Positions 1 through 9,735 of a stretch of DNA of 64,000 bases are shown piece after piece. This DNA is from Dehalococcoidia bacterium (GTDB taxonomy: Bacteria; Chloroflexota; Dehalococcoidia; UBA2979). Both the position numbers and the translations under genes were made by a program. Every line of letters starts with the position of its first letter. Within the stretch, counting starts at the first letter, position 1. The notes beneath the pieces were generated by a model. It saw nothing but the letters and a program-made list of their open reading frames with translations, was not told the DNA's origin and did no database searches. The stretch covers positions 2,688,001 through 2,752,000 of the forward strand of contig OZ244720.1 of assembly GCA_965219085.1 (NCBI GenBank). Reading direction: 5' to 3'.

Positions 1-241
1 CCAGGGAGCAGAGCGCCAGCTCAGCGCCGTTGCCCTGCAAGGTCTTGGCGGTAACGAGCAGGACGCGCAGGCCGGCACTGCTGATGTAGGAGACTTGTTC
101 GAAGTCCAGGATGAGCGCGCGCTCGGCCTCCTGGATCACCGTGTCCAGGGCCTCCTGGAATTCGCGCGCATTGGAACCGTCCAGCCGCCCCGTTGGCGTC
201 GCTACGACGGTTCCACCATCCTTCTCGGTGCTGATTTCCAT
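1..241 (-). CDS. STAS-domain anti-sigma factor antagonist (3' end outside window)
   Basis: Manual translation MEISTEKDGGTVVATPTGRLDGSNAREFQEAL...LILDFEQVSYISSAGLRVLL carries the STAS phosphorylation motif; AGGAG RBS upstream; not in the ORF track because it runs off the window. Confidence 0.85.
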   Translation of the reverse strand, partial: MEISTEKDGGTVVATPTGRLDGSNAREFQEALDTVIQEAERALILDFEQVSYISSAGLRVLLVTAKTLQGNGAELALCSL

Positions 242-440
242 TTGGTCCGTCTCCTGAACCTTGCTCGGCACTCGAAGCATCGTACTACAGGGACGTCCGA
301 GCACGTGTCCGCCGCCTCCGACCTGGGAGTCGCCGTACAACCGGGTTGAGAGGCGCGGACGCGACCGGGGACGCTCGTGCCCATCATAGCCCTGCCGAGC
401 CGTGCGTGCCCCTCGCGCAGCCCACATCCGCGCCAGGCCG

Positions 441-1932
441 GCGGCGGTGTTCGGCGGGACGAAGTCCCAGATCTCCGGCCCGACGGGCCCCATGGCCGTG
501 GCCATGGCGGTGATTGTCACGACGCACGCCGAGACCCTCGCCGAGGCATTCACCATCGTGATCATGGCCGGGCTGGTCCAGATCGCGCTCGGCGTCATGC
601 GTATTGGACGGTTCGTCGCCTATACGCCGTACTCGGTGATAGCGGGCTTCATGTCGGGCATCGGGGTGATCATCATCTTGCTGCAGACCATCCCGTTCAT
701 GGGTGCTCCGGTCCGGACGGGAGGCCCGCTGGAGGCGGTCCGCGCCTGGCCGGAGACCATCGGCGATCTGAACTTCAACGCATTGACCATCGCGCTGGTC
801 ACGCTGGCGGTTGGCATCTTGTGGCCGGCTCAGCTCCGGAAGTACCTGCCACCTGCGCTCGCGGCGCTCATTGCCGGAACGGCGCTCAGCGTGCTCTGGT
901 TGAGCGACACGCCGGTCATCGGCGAGGTCCCGACGGGCCTTCCGAGCCTGCACCTGCCGGAGTTGGCGCCAGGACTGCTGGCGCGAGCCGTGGAACCGGC
1001 GCTGATCCTCGCCCTGCTCGGCTCCATTGACGGCCTGCTCACCTCGCTGGTGGCGGATGCAATGACCCGCACGCGCCACAACCCGAACCGCGAGCTGGTG
1101 GGGCAGGGCATCGGCAACACCATCGCCGGACTGATCGGGGCGACGCCGGGTGCGGGCGCGACGATGGGCACCGTGGTGAACATCCGCGCAGGCGGGCAGA
1201 CCCAGATCTCGGGGGGTGCTGCGAGCGGCCATCCTGCTCGCACTCGTGCTGGGCCTGGGGCGGTACGTCGAATCGATCCCGCACGCCGCGCTGGCGGGCA
1301 TCCTGATGAAGGTCGGTTGGGACATCATCGACTGGCGCTTCCTCACCCGGATCCACCGCGTGCAGCGTGAGCATTTGCTGGTGATGTTGATCACGCTGGG
1401 GCTCGCGGTGTTCCTCGACCTGGTCACGGCGGTGGCCCTCGGGTTGATTGCCGCCGGCATGGCCAGCGCCAGGGCGCTGGAGCGCCTGCAGCTGGACAGC
1501 GTCGTCTCGGTGCCGCTGCTGGACCACAGCTTCCTGCGCGACTCGGGAGACCCGGCAGAGGCCGATGCGTTCGCCGCGCGGGTAGGACTGGTGGCGCTGC
1601 GAGGTACGTTCTCCGTCGCGTCGTCGAGCGAGTTGATCACCACGATCAGCGTCGACATCCGCGATCACCAGGTGGTGATCCTCGACTTCACCGATACCGT
1701 CTATGTCGATGACAGCGCCGCGCTGGTGGTCGAGAGCATGATCGAAACGGCGATCGCCGAGGATACGGAGTGCATCGTCATGGGCCTGGCTGGCATGCCC
1801 GCGGTCACCCTCAATGCACTGAACGTGCTCCAACACGTTCCGGCGGATCGCTTCGTGGCGGACCTCGACGAGGCGAGGGAGGCAGCCGAGCGGGTGCTGG
1901 AGGCCCGAGCGCAGCGCGAGGGGGTGGCCTGA
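441..1932 (+). pseudogene. SulP-family inorganic anion transporter with C-terminal STAS; 5'-truncated and frameshifted
   Basis: Homology begins abruptly at AAVFGGTKSQISGPTGPM; NRELVGQGIGN motif; frame switches at the G6 run 1211-1216 between ORFs 402-1370 and 1216-1932; STAS VILDFTDTVYVDDSA. Confidence 0.8.
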
Positions 1933-2068
1933 GCCCGTAGGGCACGGTCGGCCCCGGGGGCGATCTGCGACGACGAAGAGCGCGCCAGCTTCATGTGGGT
2001 CGGACGCCACGAAGCCGTAGGGGCGGACCACCGCTTCGCGCTCCTTTGTTGGAGCGCCCCGAACCGGA

Positions 2069-3403
2069 CTACACGCTCGTCGCGTCGACGGCTGCGGCGG
2101 CCGTGAGCCCGCTGCGCACCGCCGACTCCATGGTCGCGGGCCAGCCGGTGTCCGTGTACGCGCCCGCGAGGTAGAAGTTCGCGAGCGATGTGCGTGGGCC
2201 CGGACGCCGGAGTCCCGGGGCCGGCACGAACGTCGCCTCCGGCTCCTTCACGACCGCGTAGTGCACCAGCGCCGCCTCGCGCGAGGCGGGGAGCGCGCGG
2301 TGCAGCTGCGGCAGCAGCCGGGCACGCAGCTCCTCCCGGCCGAGCGCGAAGAGCTCGCCCGGCGCGCTGATCGACACGACGAGGTGCTGGCCGCGCGACT
2401 CGTCCTCGCCGCCCGCGCGGCTGCGGTTGAACACCCACTGCACCTCGGAGCGCACGAAGGCGGCGAACGCGAAGTCCGCGACGGGCCGGTCGAACCAGAG
2501 GTGGACGTTGAGGATCGAGGCCGGCTCGAAGCTCGTGAGCGCCGCGAACGCTCCCTCGCCGCGCAGGTGGTCGGGCAGCAGCGGTAGCAGCCGCCATGGC
2601 GCGAGGGCGCTCACGTACGCGTCGAATGTGCGCTGCTCGCCGCCGCGCAGCGCAAGCGCGACAACCCGCCCGTCCTCGACCTCGATGCGCTCGACGGGTG
2701 CGCGCGTGGTCAGCGTCCCGCCGCGCGCCTCGATGGCGCGCATGGCCGGCTCGACGTGCAGCTTCGACAGTCCCACGGCAGGGACGCCGAGCGCCGCCGC
2801 GCCGGGGCCGCGCTGGAAGCCCTCTTCCAGCACGAACAGCGCCTGGCGCGCGCTCGCCTGCTCGGCGCGGCAGTTGAGGGTGGGGATCACGAGGAAGTCC
2901 CAGAACGCGCGGATCGTGTCGGGTGACTGGCCGCGTTCGCGGAGCCACTCCTCGAACGTCAGGTCGTCGAGGCGGGCGCGCTCGGCGCGGCCGAGCAAGC
3001 GGAGCGCGAGGAACGCGCGCGCGACCTGCGCCTTCTGACGCCACGTGAGGTGGCCGTAGCGCAGCAACGCGGGCGCCAGATGCAGGCCGAGGGGCAGGTT
3101 CGCGGCGCGCAGGTCGGAGCGCCTGCCATCCTCGTCGAACACCGGCACGTGCAGCCGCCGCTGGCGGTGCGTGAGCGCGAGCGTGCCGATACGTTCGAGG
3201 AACGCTGTGTAGGCCGTCGTGCATTGCATGAAGACGTGCTGGCCGTTGTCGACCTCGTCGCCCGTCTCTTCGTCGCGGAAGGAGTAGGTGGCGCCGCCGG
3301 CCCAGGGGCGACGTTCGAGCAGTTCAACCTCGTGGCCGCGGTCGGCGAGTTCCAGCCCCGCCGAGAGCCCGGCGAGGCCCGCACCGATGATCCCGACGCG
3401 CAC
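2069..3403 (-). CDS. hpnE: hydroxysqualene dehydroxylase (FAD-dependent)
   Basis: GAGLAGL FAD motif, VDNGQHVFM, GWPATMESAVRSG; directly downstream of two squalene/phytoene synthase homologues. Confidence 0.9.
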   Translation of the reverse strand: MRVGIIGAGLAGLSAGLELADRGHEVELLERRPWAGGATYSFRDEETGDEVDNGQHVFMQCTTAYTAFLERIGTLALTHRQRRLHVPVFDEDGRRSDLRAANLPLGLHLAPALLRYGHLTWRQKAQVARAFLALRLLGRAERARLDDLTFEEWLRERGQSPDTIRAFWDFLVIPTLNCRAEQASARQALFVLEEGFQRGPGAAALGVPAVGLSKLHVEPAMRAIEARGGTLTTRAPVERIEVEDGRVVALALRGGEQRTFDAYVSALAPWRLLPLLPDHLRGEGAFAALTSFEPASILNVHLWFDRPVADFAFAAFVRSEVQWVFNRSRAGGEDESRGQHLVVSISAPGELFALGREELRARLLPQLHRALPASREAALVHYAVVKEPEATFVPAPGLRRPGPRTSLANFYLAGAYTDTGWPATMESAVRSGLTAAAAVDATSV

Positions 3404-3416
3404 GATCGTGCCGGCG

Positions 3417-4337
3417 TCAGCCGGAGCGCGCCGGCCCGAGGAGGGCGGCGCCGGCCCAGAGCCGCGCGATCGCGGCCACCTTCTCGGGCCCGCTGAGGCG
3501 CACGCGCTCCGAGAGCACGTCGTAGTTGCGCGCCTCGATGCGCTTGAGCAGCTCGAAGTACACGCCCTGCAGCACGTTCACGCACATCCGCGAGCGCACG
3601 TCGAGCAGTGGCAGCAGGTTGCGGCCGAGGGCGAAGTAGTGGCGGGCGCGCGCGCCTTGCGCCGCCATCATCGCGGCGAAGCGCTCGTCGTAGCGGCACG
3701 TGAGGATGTCGTCCGCGGTGAGGCCGTGCGCGGCGAGCTCGTCGGCCGGGAAGTAGACGCGGCCACGGGTGGCGTCCTCGCGCACGTCACGCATGATGTT
3801 CACGATCTGCAGTCCCAGCCCCATGCTCGTCGCGAACTCACTGGCGCGCGGATGCGGCTTCGCCCCGAAGATCGCGACGCAGATGTGCCCCACGATCGAG
3901 GCCACGCGGTAGCAGTACTGCAACAGGTCCGGCCAGGTCGCGTAGCGGTCGATGGTGAAGTCCATCTCGACGCCACTGATCAGCTGCTCGAAGTACTCGT
4001 GCGGGATCCCGAAGCGGTCCACGGCCTCGCCGAGGGCGGTGAAGAGCGGGCCCTGGCGCTCGCCCGCGTAGCACTCCTCGACGCGCTGGCGGGCGAGTGC
4101 GATCTCGCGCTCCTGGCGCCCGCGGTCGGTGAGCTCGTCGGCGATGTCGTCGACGTAGCCGCTGAACGCGTAGGCGGCGTAGATGGCGTTGCGCTTGCGG
4201 GTCGGGAGGATCGTGAAGGCGTAGTAGAAGTTGGAGGCGCGATCCTTGGTGTAGGCGCGGCACCAGGCCGAGGCCTCCTCGGGCGTGTAGGGCTCGCTCC
4301 CGTGGGCTTCGAGTTCGGCCAGCACGTCGAACGCCAC
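3417..4337 (-). CDS. hpnD: presqualene diphosphate synthase
   Basis: SNFYYAF, DDIAD, YCYRVAS, NIMRDVREDA, GRVYFP motifs; hpnC-D-E order. Confidence 0.85.
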   Translation of the reverse strand: MAFDVLAELEAHGSEPYTPEEASAWCRAYTKDRASNFYYAFTILPTRKRNAIYAAYAFSGYVDDIADELTDRGRQEREIALARQRVEECYAGERQGPLFTALGEAVDRFGIPHEYFEQLISGVEMDFTIDRYATWPDLLQYCYRVASIVGHICVAIFGAKPHPRASEFATSMGLGLQIVNIMRDVREDATRGRVYFPADELAAHGLTADDILTCRYDERFAAMMAAQGARARHYFALGRNLLPLLDVRSRMCVNVLQGVYFELLKRIEARNYDVLSERVRLSGPEKVAAIARLWAGAALLGPARSG

Positions 4338-4353
4338 GCTCGCCCCCTCCCGA

Positions 4354-5250
4354 TCAGCGCCCGAGCAGCACGCGCGCGCCCTGGACGAGCATCAGCCACG
4401 CCTTCGCCGCGCGCGTCACGCGCGGCCGCGCCGTGAGCGTGTCATAGCCCGCGGCCTCGATCGCGTCGAGGATCGCCTCGCCGCCGAGGCGGAACAGGCG
4501 GATTTCGGTGCGCACTGAGCGTGAGACGAGGTCTTCGAGGGGCTCGCCGGCGGAAAAATGTGACCGCGCGCGTTCGACCTGGAAGCGCATCAACTCGCGG
4601 AAGCGATTGTCGAAGCGGGCCTCGATGATCTGCGCGTCGTCGCAGCCGAAGCTGCGCAGGTCCTCCTGCGGCAGGTAGACGCGACCCTTGCGGATGTCGA
4701 CGGAGATGTCCTGCCAGAAGTTCGCGACCTGCAGGCCGATGCAGATCTGGTCCGACAGCGCGATGCGTTCCGCATCGTGGTAGCCGAGCACGGCGAGCAC
4801 CATCTGCCCCACGGGTGTCGCCGAGTACGAGCAGTACTCGAGCACGTCGTCGTAGGTCTCGAACCGCGAGACGCGCTGGTCGATGCGGTTCGCCTCGATC
4901 AGCCGCAGGAACGGGTCGAGCGGCATCGAGCACTCCTCGATGGTGCGTGCGAGGGCGACGAAGAGCGGGCGCTGCGGCCTGCCGGCGACGGCCTCTCGAA
5001 GCTCGTGCTCCCACCCGTCGAGCATGGCGAGGCGGTCGCCCTCGGCCTCATCGCCGAGGTCGTCGGTGAAGCGGCAGAAGGCGTAGAGGGCGAAGAAGTG
5101 CGGCCGGAGCTTGCGCGGCAGCAGGAACGTGACGACGGAGAAGTTCTCGCTGTGCCGGCGGGCGTAGCGCTCGCACTCCCGGTACGCCTCGCGGAGCGAC
5201 ACAGGCTGTGGGGCGGGGCTGTGCAGTGTGGCGCCTGGGCTCGTCGTCAT
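4354..5250 (-). CDS. hpnC: squalene synthase HpnC (hydroxysqualene synthase)
   Basis: HSENFSV, DDLGDE, YCSYSATPVG, NFWQD, GRVYLP motifs typical of HpnC. Confidence 0.88.
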   Translation of the reverse strand: MTTSPGATLHSPAPQPVSLREAYRECERYARRHSENFSVVTFLLPRKLRPHFFALYAFCRFTDDLGDEAEGDRLAMLDGWEHELREAVAGRPQRPLFVALARTIEECSMPLDPFLRLIEANRIDQRVSRFETYDDVLEYCSYSATPVGQMVLAVLGYHDAERIALSDQICIGLQVANFWQDISVDIRKGRVYLPQEDLRSFGCDDAQIIEARFDNRFRELMRFQVERARSHFSAGEPLEDLVSRSVRTEIRLFRLGGEAILDAIEAAGYDTLTARPRVTRAAKAWLMLVQGARVLLGR

Positions 5251-5275
5251 CGCGGCCGGTCCCGGTGAGCGGCGG

Positions 5276-6208
5276 TCAGTGCGCCCCCGTGAGCACGGCG
5301 AGGCGCGCCTCGACCTCATCGATCGAGCTGTCCGGCGTCGAGGCGCCGGCGGTGAGGCCGATGCGGCCGGCGCCCACGAACCAATCAGGCTCGAGCTCGT
5401 GCGCGCTCTCGACCTGGAAGGTGCGCGTGCCTTCGCTCTCGCAGACCTCGCGGAGGTGGCGGGTGTTGGCGCTCTTGCGTCCGCCGACCACCACCATCAC
5501 GTCGACCTCGTGGGCGAGCTCGGCGGCGGCGGCCTGCTGGCCGGTGGTGGCGTGGCAGAGCGTGTTGACCACGTGCATCTCGAAGTTCGCCTCGCGCTGC
5601 AGCAGCATGAGGTTGCCGACGAAGCGGGCGAAGTCGTCCATGCGGTGCGTGGTCTGCGCCATGACGCCGATCTTGTTCGGGAAGCCGCCGGGGAAGGTCT
5701 CGATCACGTCGCGCAGGTGGTCTATGTCCGGATGTTCGATCACGGAGACCTGCGAGCGGCCCGTGGAGTCGAAGCCCCAGCCGGTGATGCCGCGCACCTC
5801 CTTGTGACCAGGGTCGCCGAAGATGAACACGTGCCAGTTCTCGCGCACGAACTTCTGCGCATAGCGCTGCGCGCGCGTCACCACGGGGCACGTCGTGTCG
5901 ACGATGTCGAGCCCGGCGCGTTCGAGGTCGATCAGCACGCGCTCACCGACACCGTGGGCGGTGATGGCGACGCGGCCGGCGCCGACACTCTCAGCAGTGA
6001 TGGCGCCGAAGTCCCCGTCGATGTCGTCGGGGCCCGGCAGCTGTCGAACGCCCGCGCGCTCGAGCTGATCGACGACGTGGGGGTTGTGGACGATCTCGCC
6101 GGCGCTGGAGATCGGGCGCTCCGGGGTCGCCTCGCTCTCCATCATCTGGACGGCGCGGCGTACGCCCATGCAGAAGCCCATTTCGCTTGCACGGATGATC
6201 ATGGCCAT
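5276..6208 (-). CDS. ispH: 4-hydroxy-3-methylbut-2-enyl diphosphate reductase
   Basis: GFCMGVRRA, IVHN, AHGV, DTTCP, TLCHAT, SANT, TAGASTP; GGAGG RBS before ATG at 6208. Confidence 0.95.
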   Translation of the reverse strand: MAMIIRASEMGFCMGVRRAVQMMESEATPERPISSAGEIVHNPHVVDQLERAGVRQLPGPDDIDGDFGAITAESVGAGRVAITAHGVGERVLIDLERAGLDIVDTTCPVVTRAQRYAQKFVRENWHVFIFGDPGHKEVRGITGWGFDSTGRSQVSVIEHPDIDHLRDVIETFPGGFPNKIGVMAQTTHRMDDFARFVGNLMLLQREANFEMHVVNTLCHATTGQQAAAAELAHEVDVMVVVGGRKSANTRHLREVCESEGTRTFQVESAHELEPDWFVGAGRIGLTAGASTPDSSIDEVEARLAVLTGAH

Positions 6209-6434
6209 CGCGTACCTCCGGCGATACGCCGCGAGAGTAAGTCGCAATAAGTATAGGCCAGAGCCGAGCGCCGTGCGCCTCCCGCTCGCGTGAGACCTCC
6301 GACCTTGCGCTGCCTTGGCGATGCGGTATGCTAGTTGGGCGGGCAGGGCTACGCTCGTCGGTGTCTGGTTTGGGCGGCGGGATCGAGAATTCCCGGTTCT
6401 AGAACGATCGTTGGAGAGGAGAATCAAGGCGCTT

Positions 6435-6797
6435 ATGAGCTAAACAAAGTCGCTCCGAAGAGAGCTTGAATTAACGTGGGGTTATACCGCCTTCCGGGCG
6501 GTCGTTGCGTTTAAGTCGAGAAATGAGGAGGAGAACCAAGATGTTGTAGCAAGAGCAAAGTATGGAAGTCATAAGATCGAGAATGCCGCCCTCTGGGCGG
6601 TTGAGTTGTATTGGAGGCGGGGAACCGTGAAACAGAGCGACGGAAAACCAAGCGACGTGCATCGTTCATGCATTATCAAGTTTCGGACAGTTACTACGCT
6701 TCGGGATGGTATTCGACACCGGGCTGACGAATACGGCTATCGAGCGTGGGCACTTCATTTCCGAGTCAGCAAGCCACCAGAGAAGGGTGAAGCATAG
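6435..6797 (+). pseudogene. hypothetical gene with premature stop at codon 3
   Basis: ATG AGC TAA at 6435-6443, then the same frame stays open to TAG 6797; AT-richer than flanks. Confidence 0.3.
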
Positions 6798-7072
6798 TGC
6801 GAAGACAACATATCAACGAAAGAAACTCTGGTCTGATGGCCACTGACATGCGGATTCGCTGGCACATGCCTGATGACCCGGACAAAGAGACGCGACGGGG
6901 CGTCGAGGCACTCTTGCGCCGCCCCCCGCTGCTTCTCACTGGCGAGACTGAGACTCGTCGCTACGTCTGGCTCGACGTGACGTTCGAGGTCACGTGGATA
7001 CGATCAGACCATGGCCCGTACAACGCCTATGTGAAGGCAGTGGGTTCAAATTGGCGTGAGCGGCTCAACTGA
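6797..7072 (+). CDS. hypothetical protein
   Basis: 91-aa ORF overlapping the preceding stop, inside an AT-richer insert. Confidence 0.5.
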   Translation: MRRQHINERNSGLMATDMRIRWHMPDDPDKETRRGVEALLRRPPLLLTGETETRRYVWLDVTFEVTWIRSDHGPYNAYVKAVGSNWRERLN

Positions 7073-7140
7073 TCCCTCAGCGCTCGAGCGGTAGGCCAAT
7101 GCCGACTTGAGCCCTGAGTACCGTTCCACCTCGCGACGGG

Positions 7141-7173
7141 CGCGCGTGACAGCCAATACGGCTGTCGCGCGCG
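7141..7173. terminator. hairpin between convergent genes
   Basis: CGCGCGTGACAGCC-AATAC-GGCTGTCGCGCGCG; no clear U tract. Confidence 0.45.
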
Positions 7174-7179
7174 TTCTCG

Positions 7180-8121
7180 TCAATACGCCCCCTGTGCGTC
7201 GAAGATGCGGCGCGGGTTGTCTACCACCATCGCGCGGATCTGCTCCTCGGTGACACCGAGGCGTTCGAGTTCGGGCAGCACGTGGTTCGGGATCGTGAGG
7301 AAGTGCCACTCCGGCGAGTTGCGCGCGATGGCCTCCAGCGGGACGCCCAGGAAGTGGCACGCGGCGTCGTGCGACAGCACCATCTGCGAGGCGAACCCGC
7401 GCCGGCACAGCTCCGCGATCGTGGCGATGCGCTCCTCGGTGCTCGCGAGCATCGACAGCCCGAAGCGGTCCATGCCGATCGTGCTGCCGCGTTCCATGAG
7501 CCCCGACAGGTAGTCGACATCCGTGGTGTCGCCGGAGTGCCCGATCACGACGCGTTCGAGGTCGACGCCCTCCTCCCCGAAGACGCGTTGCTGGTCCGCG
7601 CCCGAGCCGATGGTGGGGTTGCTGTGCGTCATCAGCGGGGCGCCGGTTGCGCGGTGCGCGCGCGCGGCGATGCGCAGTTGGAACTCGTTCTCCGGCGTGC
7701 ACTCCTCGGTCGCGATCTTGATCGCGCCCGCACGGATGTGGGTACCGGCGATGCCGTTGTTGAGGTCGCCCAGGTACAGCTCGAGGACCGGGTCGGGGTT
7801 GCGGCGCAGGAAGTAGCCCGGCGGATTGAGGTGGACCCCGGTCGCGACGACGATCTGCATCCGGGTACGCGCGGCGACATCGGCGACGAGCGCGATGTCG
7901 CGACCCAGGTCCACCGTGGTGAGGTCGACGATCGTGCGCACTCCGGCCTCGTACGCTTCATCGAGTGTTGCGGCGGCGCGTTCGACCTCGGCTTCGCGGT
8001 CGAAGAGCTGCGGGTAGCTCGCGTAGAGGTCATGCGAGAGCAGGAAGACGTGCTCGTGCATGAGCGTGAAGCCGAGGCCAGCGGTGTCGAGGTCGCCTGC
8101 GGCGGTGGGGATGAGGGTCAT
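7180..8121 (-). CDS. phosphotriesterase-family metallohydrolase
   Basis: TLMHEH, GVRTIVD, carbamylated Lys (AIKIA), MTHS, IGHS, LSHD motifs. Confidence 0.9.
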   Translation of the reverse strand: MTLIPTAAGDLDTAGLGFTLMHEHVFLLSHDLYASYPQLFDREAEVERAAATLDEAYEAGVRTIVDLTTVDLGRDIALVADVAARTRMQIVVATGVHLNPPGYFLRRNPDPVLELYLGDLNNGIAGTHIRAGAIKIATEECTPENEFQLRIAARAHRATGAPLMTHSNPTIGSGADQQRVFGEEGVDLERVVIGHSGDTTDVDYLSGLMERGSTIGMDRFGLSMLASTEERIATIAELCRRGFASQMVLSHDAACHFLGVPLEAIARNSPEWHFLTIPNHVLPELERLGVTEEQIRAMVVDNPRRIFDAQGAY

Positions 8122-8184
8122 CGTGTACCTCGCGGGTTGGCCGGGCGCGATCCGACGCGGGTCTGCCGCTGGTCGATGGGGGCG

Positions 8185-8259
8185 TGGTGGGCCCGGTGGG
8201 ACTCGAACCCACGCGCGACGGATTAAAAGTCCGCTGCTCTGCCACTGAGCTACGGGCCC
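8185..8259 (-). tRNA. tRNA-Lys(TTT)
   Basis: GGGCCCGTAGCTCAG...GGACTTTTAATCCG...GGTTCGAGTCCCACCGGGCCCACCA cloverleaf with encoded CCA. Confidence 0.96.
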
Positions 8260-8423
8260 GGCCGCATTTGACGCCCGGCCGCGCGCGCCTGTCCAGCCCG
8301 CGTCCGCCTACGCTCCAGTGCCACCCCCACGTCCGACGTAGCGCGCCATCCCTCGCACCCTGTCCTGGCTCGCCTCGCATCGTGAGGCGACGCGGAACTC
8401 GATGTGCGACGCGAGGGGGAAGA

Positions 8424-8684
8424 ATGGCGACAGCCAACCCACCAACCATCCAGCCGCTCGGAAAGCCGACGGGGAGCGTGCGCGCGTACCTCGCGCTCGG
8501 GATCCTCGCCGCGTTCCTGATTACGCACGCGCTGGCCGCCGCGTGGCTGCTGCACGCCGGGAACGTCGAGGCGGCCATTGGACTGCTCGGCGCGCTCGCG
8601 CTCGAGGCAGGGACGGTGACGGGGTTCTACTTCGGGAGCCGCTCGGCGCGGTCCGACGCCCCGACGGCGGACGCCGCCGTCTGA
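8424..8684 (+). CDS. small membrane protein (2 TM)
   Basis: MATANPPTIQPLGKPTGSVRAYLALG...GFYFGSR; purine-rich RBS; host-like codon use. Confidence 0.7.
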   Translation: MATANPPTIQPLGKPTGSVRAYLALGILAAFLITHALAAAWLLHAGNVEAAIGLLGALALEAGTVTGFYFGSRSARSDAPTADAAV

Positions 8685-8699
8685 GCACGCCTCGGCGCG

Positions 8700-9707
8700 T
8701 TACTCGGCGGCGTCGGGCTTCGGCTTGCGACGGCGCGAGGGCGCGACGCGCGGGGGTTCGTTCGGCTGCTTCGCGTAGTGCGGCGGCCACGGCAAGTCGG
8801 GCAGTCCGCGCTCGTCGTCGGCGTCGGCGAGCGCGAGCAGGCCGTCGAGACGGCCGGTCGCGTCGTCCATGCCGGCGGCAAGGTCGCCGACCTCGTCCCA
8901 TCGTTCGGCGAACCCGCGCAGGTCGAGCGCGAGCGGGTCGATGGTCGCGAGCTCGTCCCAGCGGAAGGGCGCGGAGACGCGGCCGGTCTCGCGCACGCTG
9001 TAGGCGCTCGCGATGGTCTTGTCGCGCGCGTTCTGGTTGTAGTCGAGGAATACGCCGCTGCGCTCCTCCTTCCACCACGCGGTGGTCGCCAGGCCCGGCG
9101 CGCGGCGCTCGACCTCGCGCGCGAAGGCGACGGCGGCGCGACGCACGTCGTTGAACTCCCAGCGCGGCTCGATGCGCGCGTAGATGTGGATGCCGCGCGA
9201 TCCCGAGGTCTTTGGCCAGCCCGTCAGGCCGTGCTCCCCCAGGAGCTCGCGGCAGACGGCCGCGACCTCGCGTGTGTCGTCGAAGGTCGCGCCCTCGGCG
9301 GGGTCGAGGTCGATGCGGAGCTCGTTCGGGTGGTCGAGGTCGTCGGTGGTGACGGGCCAGGGGTGGATGTCGATGCAGTTGAGTTGCGCCATCCAGATCA
9401 CGTCGCGCAGCTCGCGCGCGACGACCATGCGGCCGGGACGCGCGGCGGGGAAGCGGATGGGCGTGGTCTCGCGCGCGTCCTTCGGGGCGCGCTTCTGGTA
9501 GAACGGCGGCTCGCCCACGCCCTTCGTCCAGCGCTTGAGCATGCACGGCCGCCCGCGCACCGCGTTGAGGATGCCCGGCCCGCAGCGCAGGTAGTGCTCG
9601 ACGACGTCGAGCTTGGTCCAGCCCTGCTCGGGGAACATGACCTTGCCCGGGCTGGAGACGCGCACCGGCTCGCCGTCCGCGTCGACGTAGACCTCGTCCT
9701 TCGCCAT
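8700..9707 (-). CDS. LigD polymerase-domain / Prim-PolC-like primase-polymerase
   Basis: FYQKRAP, ELRIDLDP, KTSGSRGIH, FLDYNQNARDKTIASAYSVR. Confidence 0.9.
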   Translation of the reverse strand: MAKDEVYVDADGEPVRVSSPGKVMFPEQGWTKLDVVEHYLRCGPGILNAVRGRPCMLKRWTKGVGEPPFYQKRAPKDARETTPIRFPAARPGRMVVARELRDVIWMAQLNCIDIHPWPVTTDDLDHPNELRIDLDPAEGATFDDTREVAAVCRELLGEHGLTGWPKTSGSRGIHIYARIEPRWEFNDVRRAAVAFAREVERRAPGLATTAWWKEERSGVFLDYNQNARDKTIASAYSVRETGRVSAPFRWDELATIDPLALDLRGFAERWDEVGDLAAGMDDATGRLDGLLALADADDERGLPDLPWPPHYAKQPNEPPRVAPSRRRKPKPDAAE

Positions 9708-9735
9708 GGCGCCGCTCCGGCTCCTCGCCCCGCCG

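Noticed and set aside
1936-2062. GTAG-type REP elements between sulP and hpnE
   Set aside because: Two GTAGGG starts and a GCGCTCC/GGAGCGC hairpin exist, but the palindromes are poor and not repeated elsewhere in the window.
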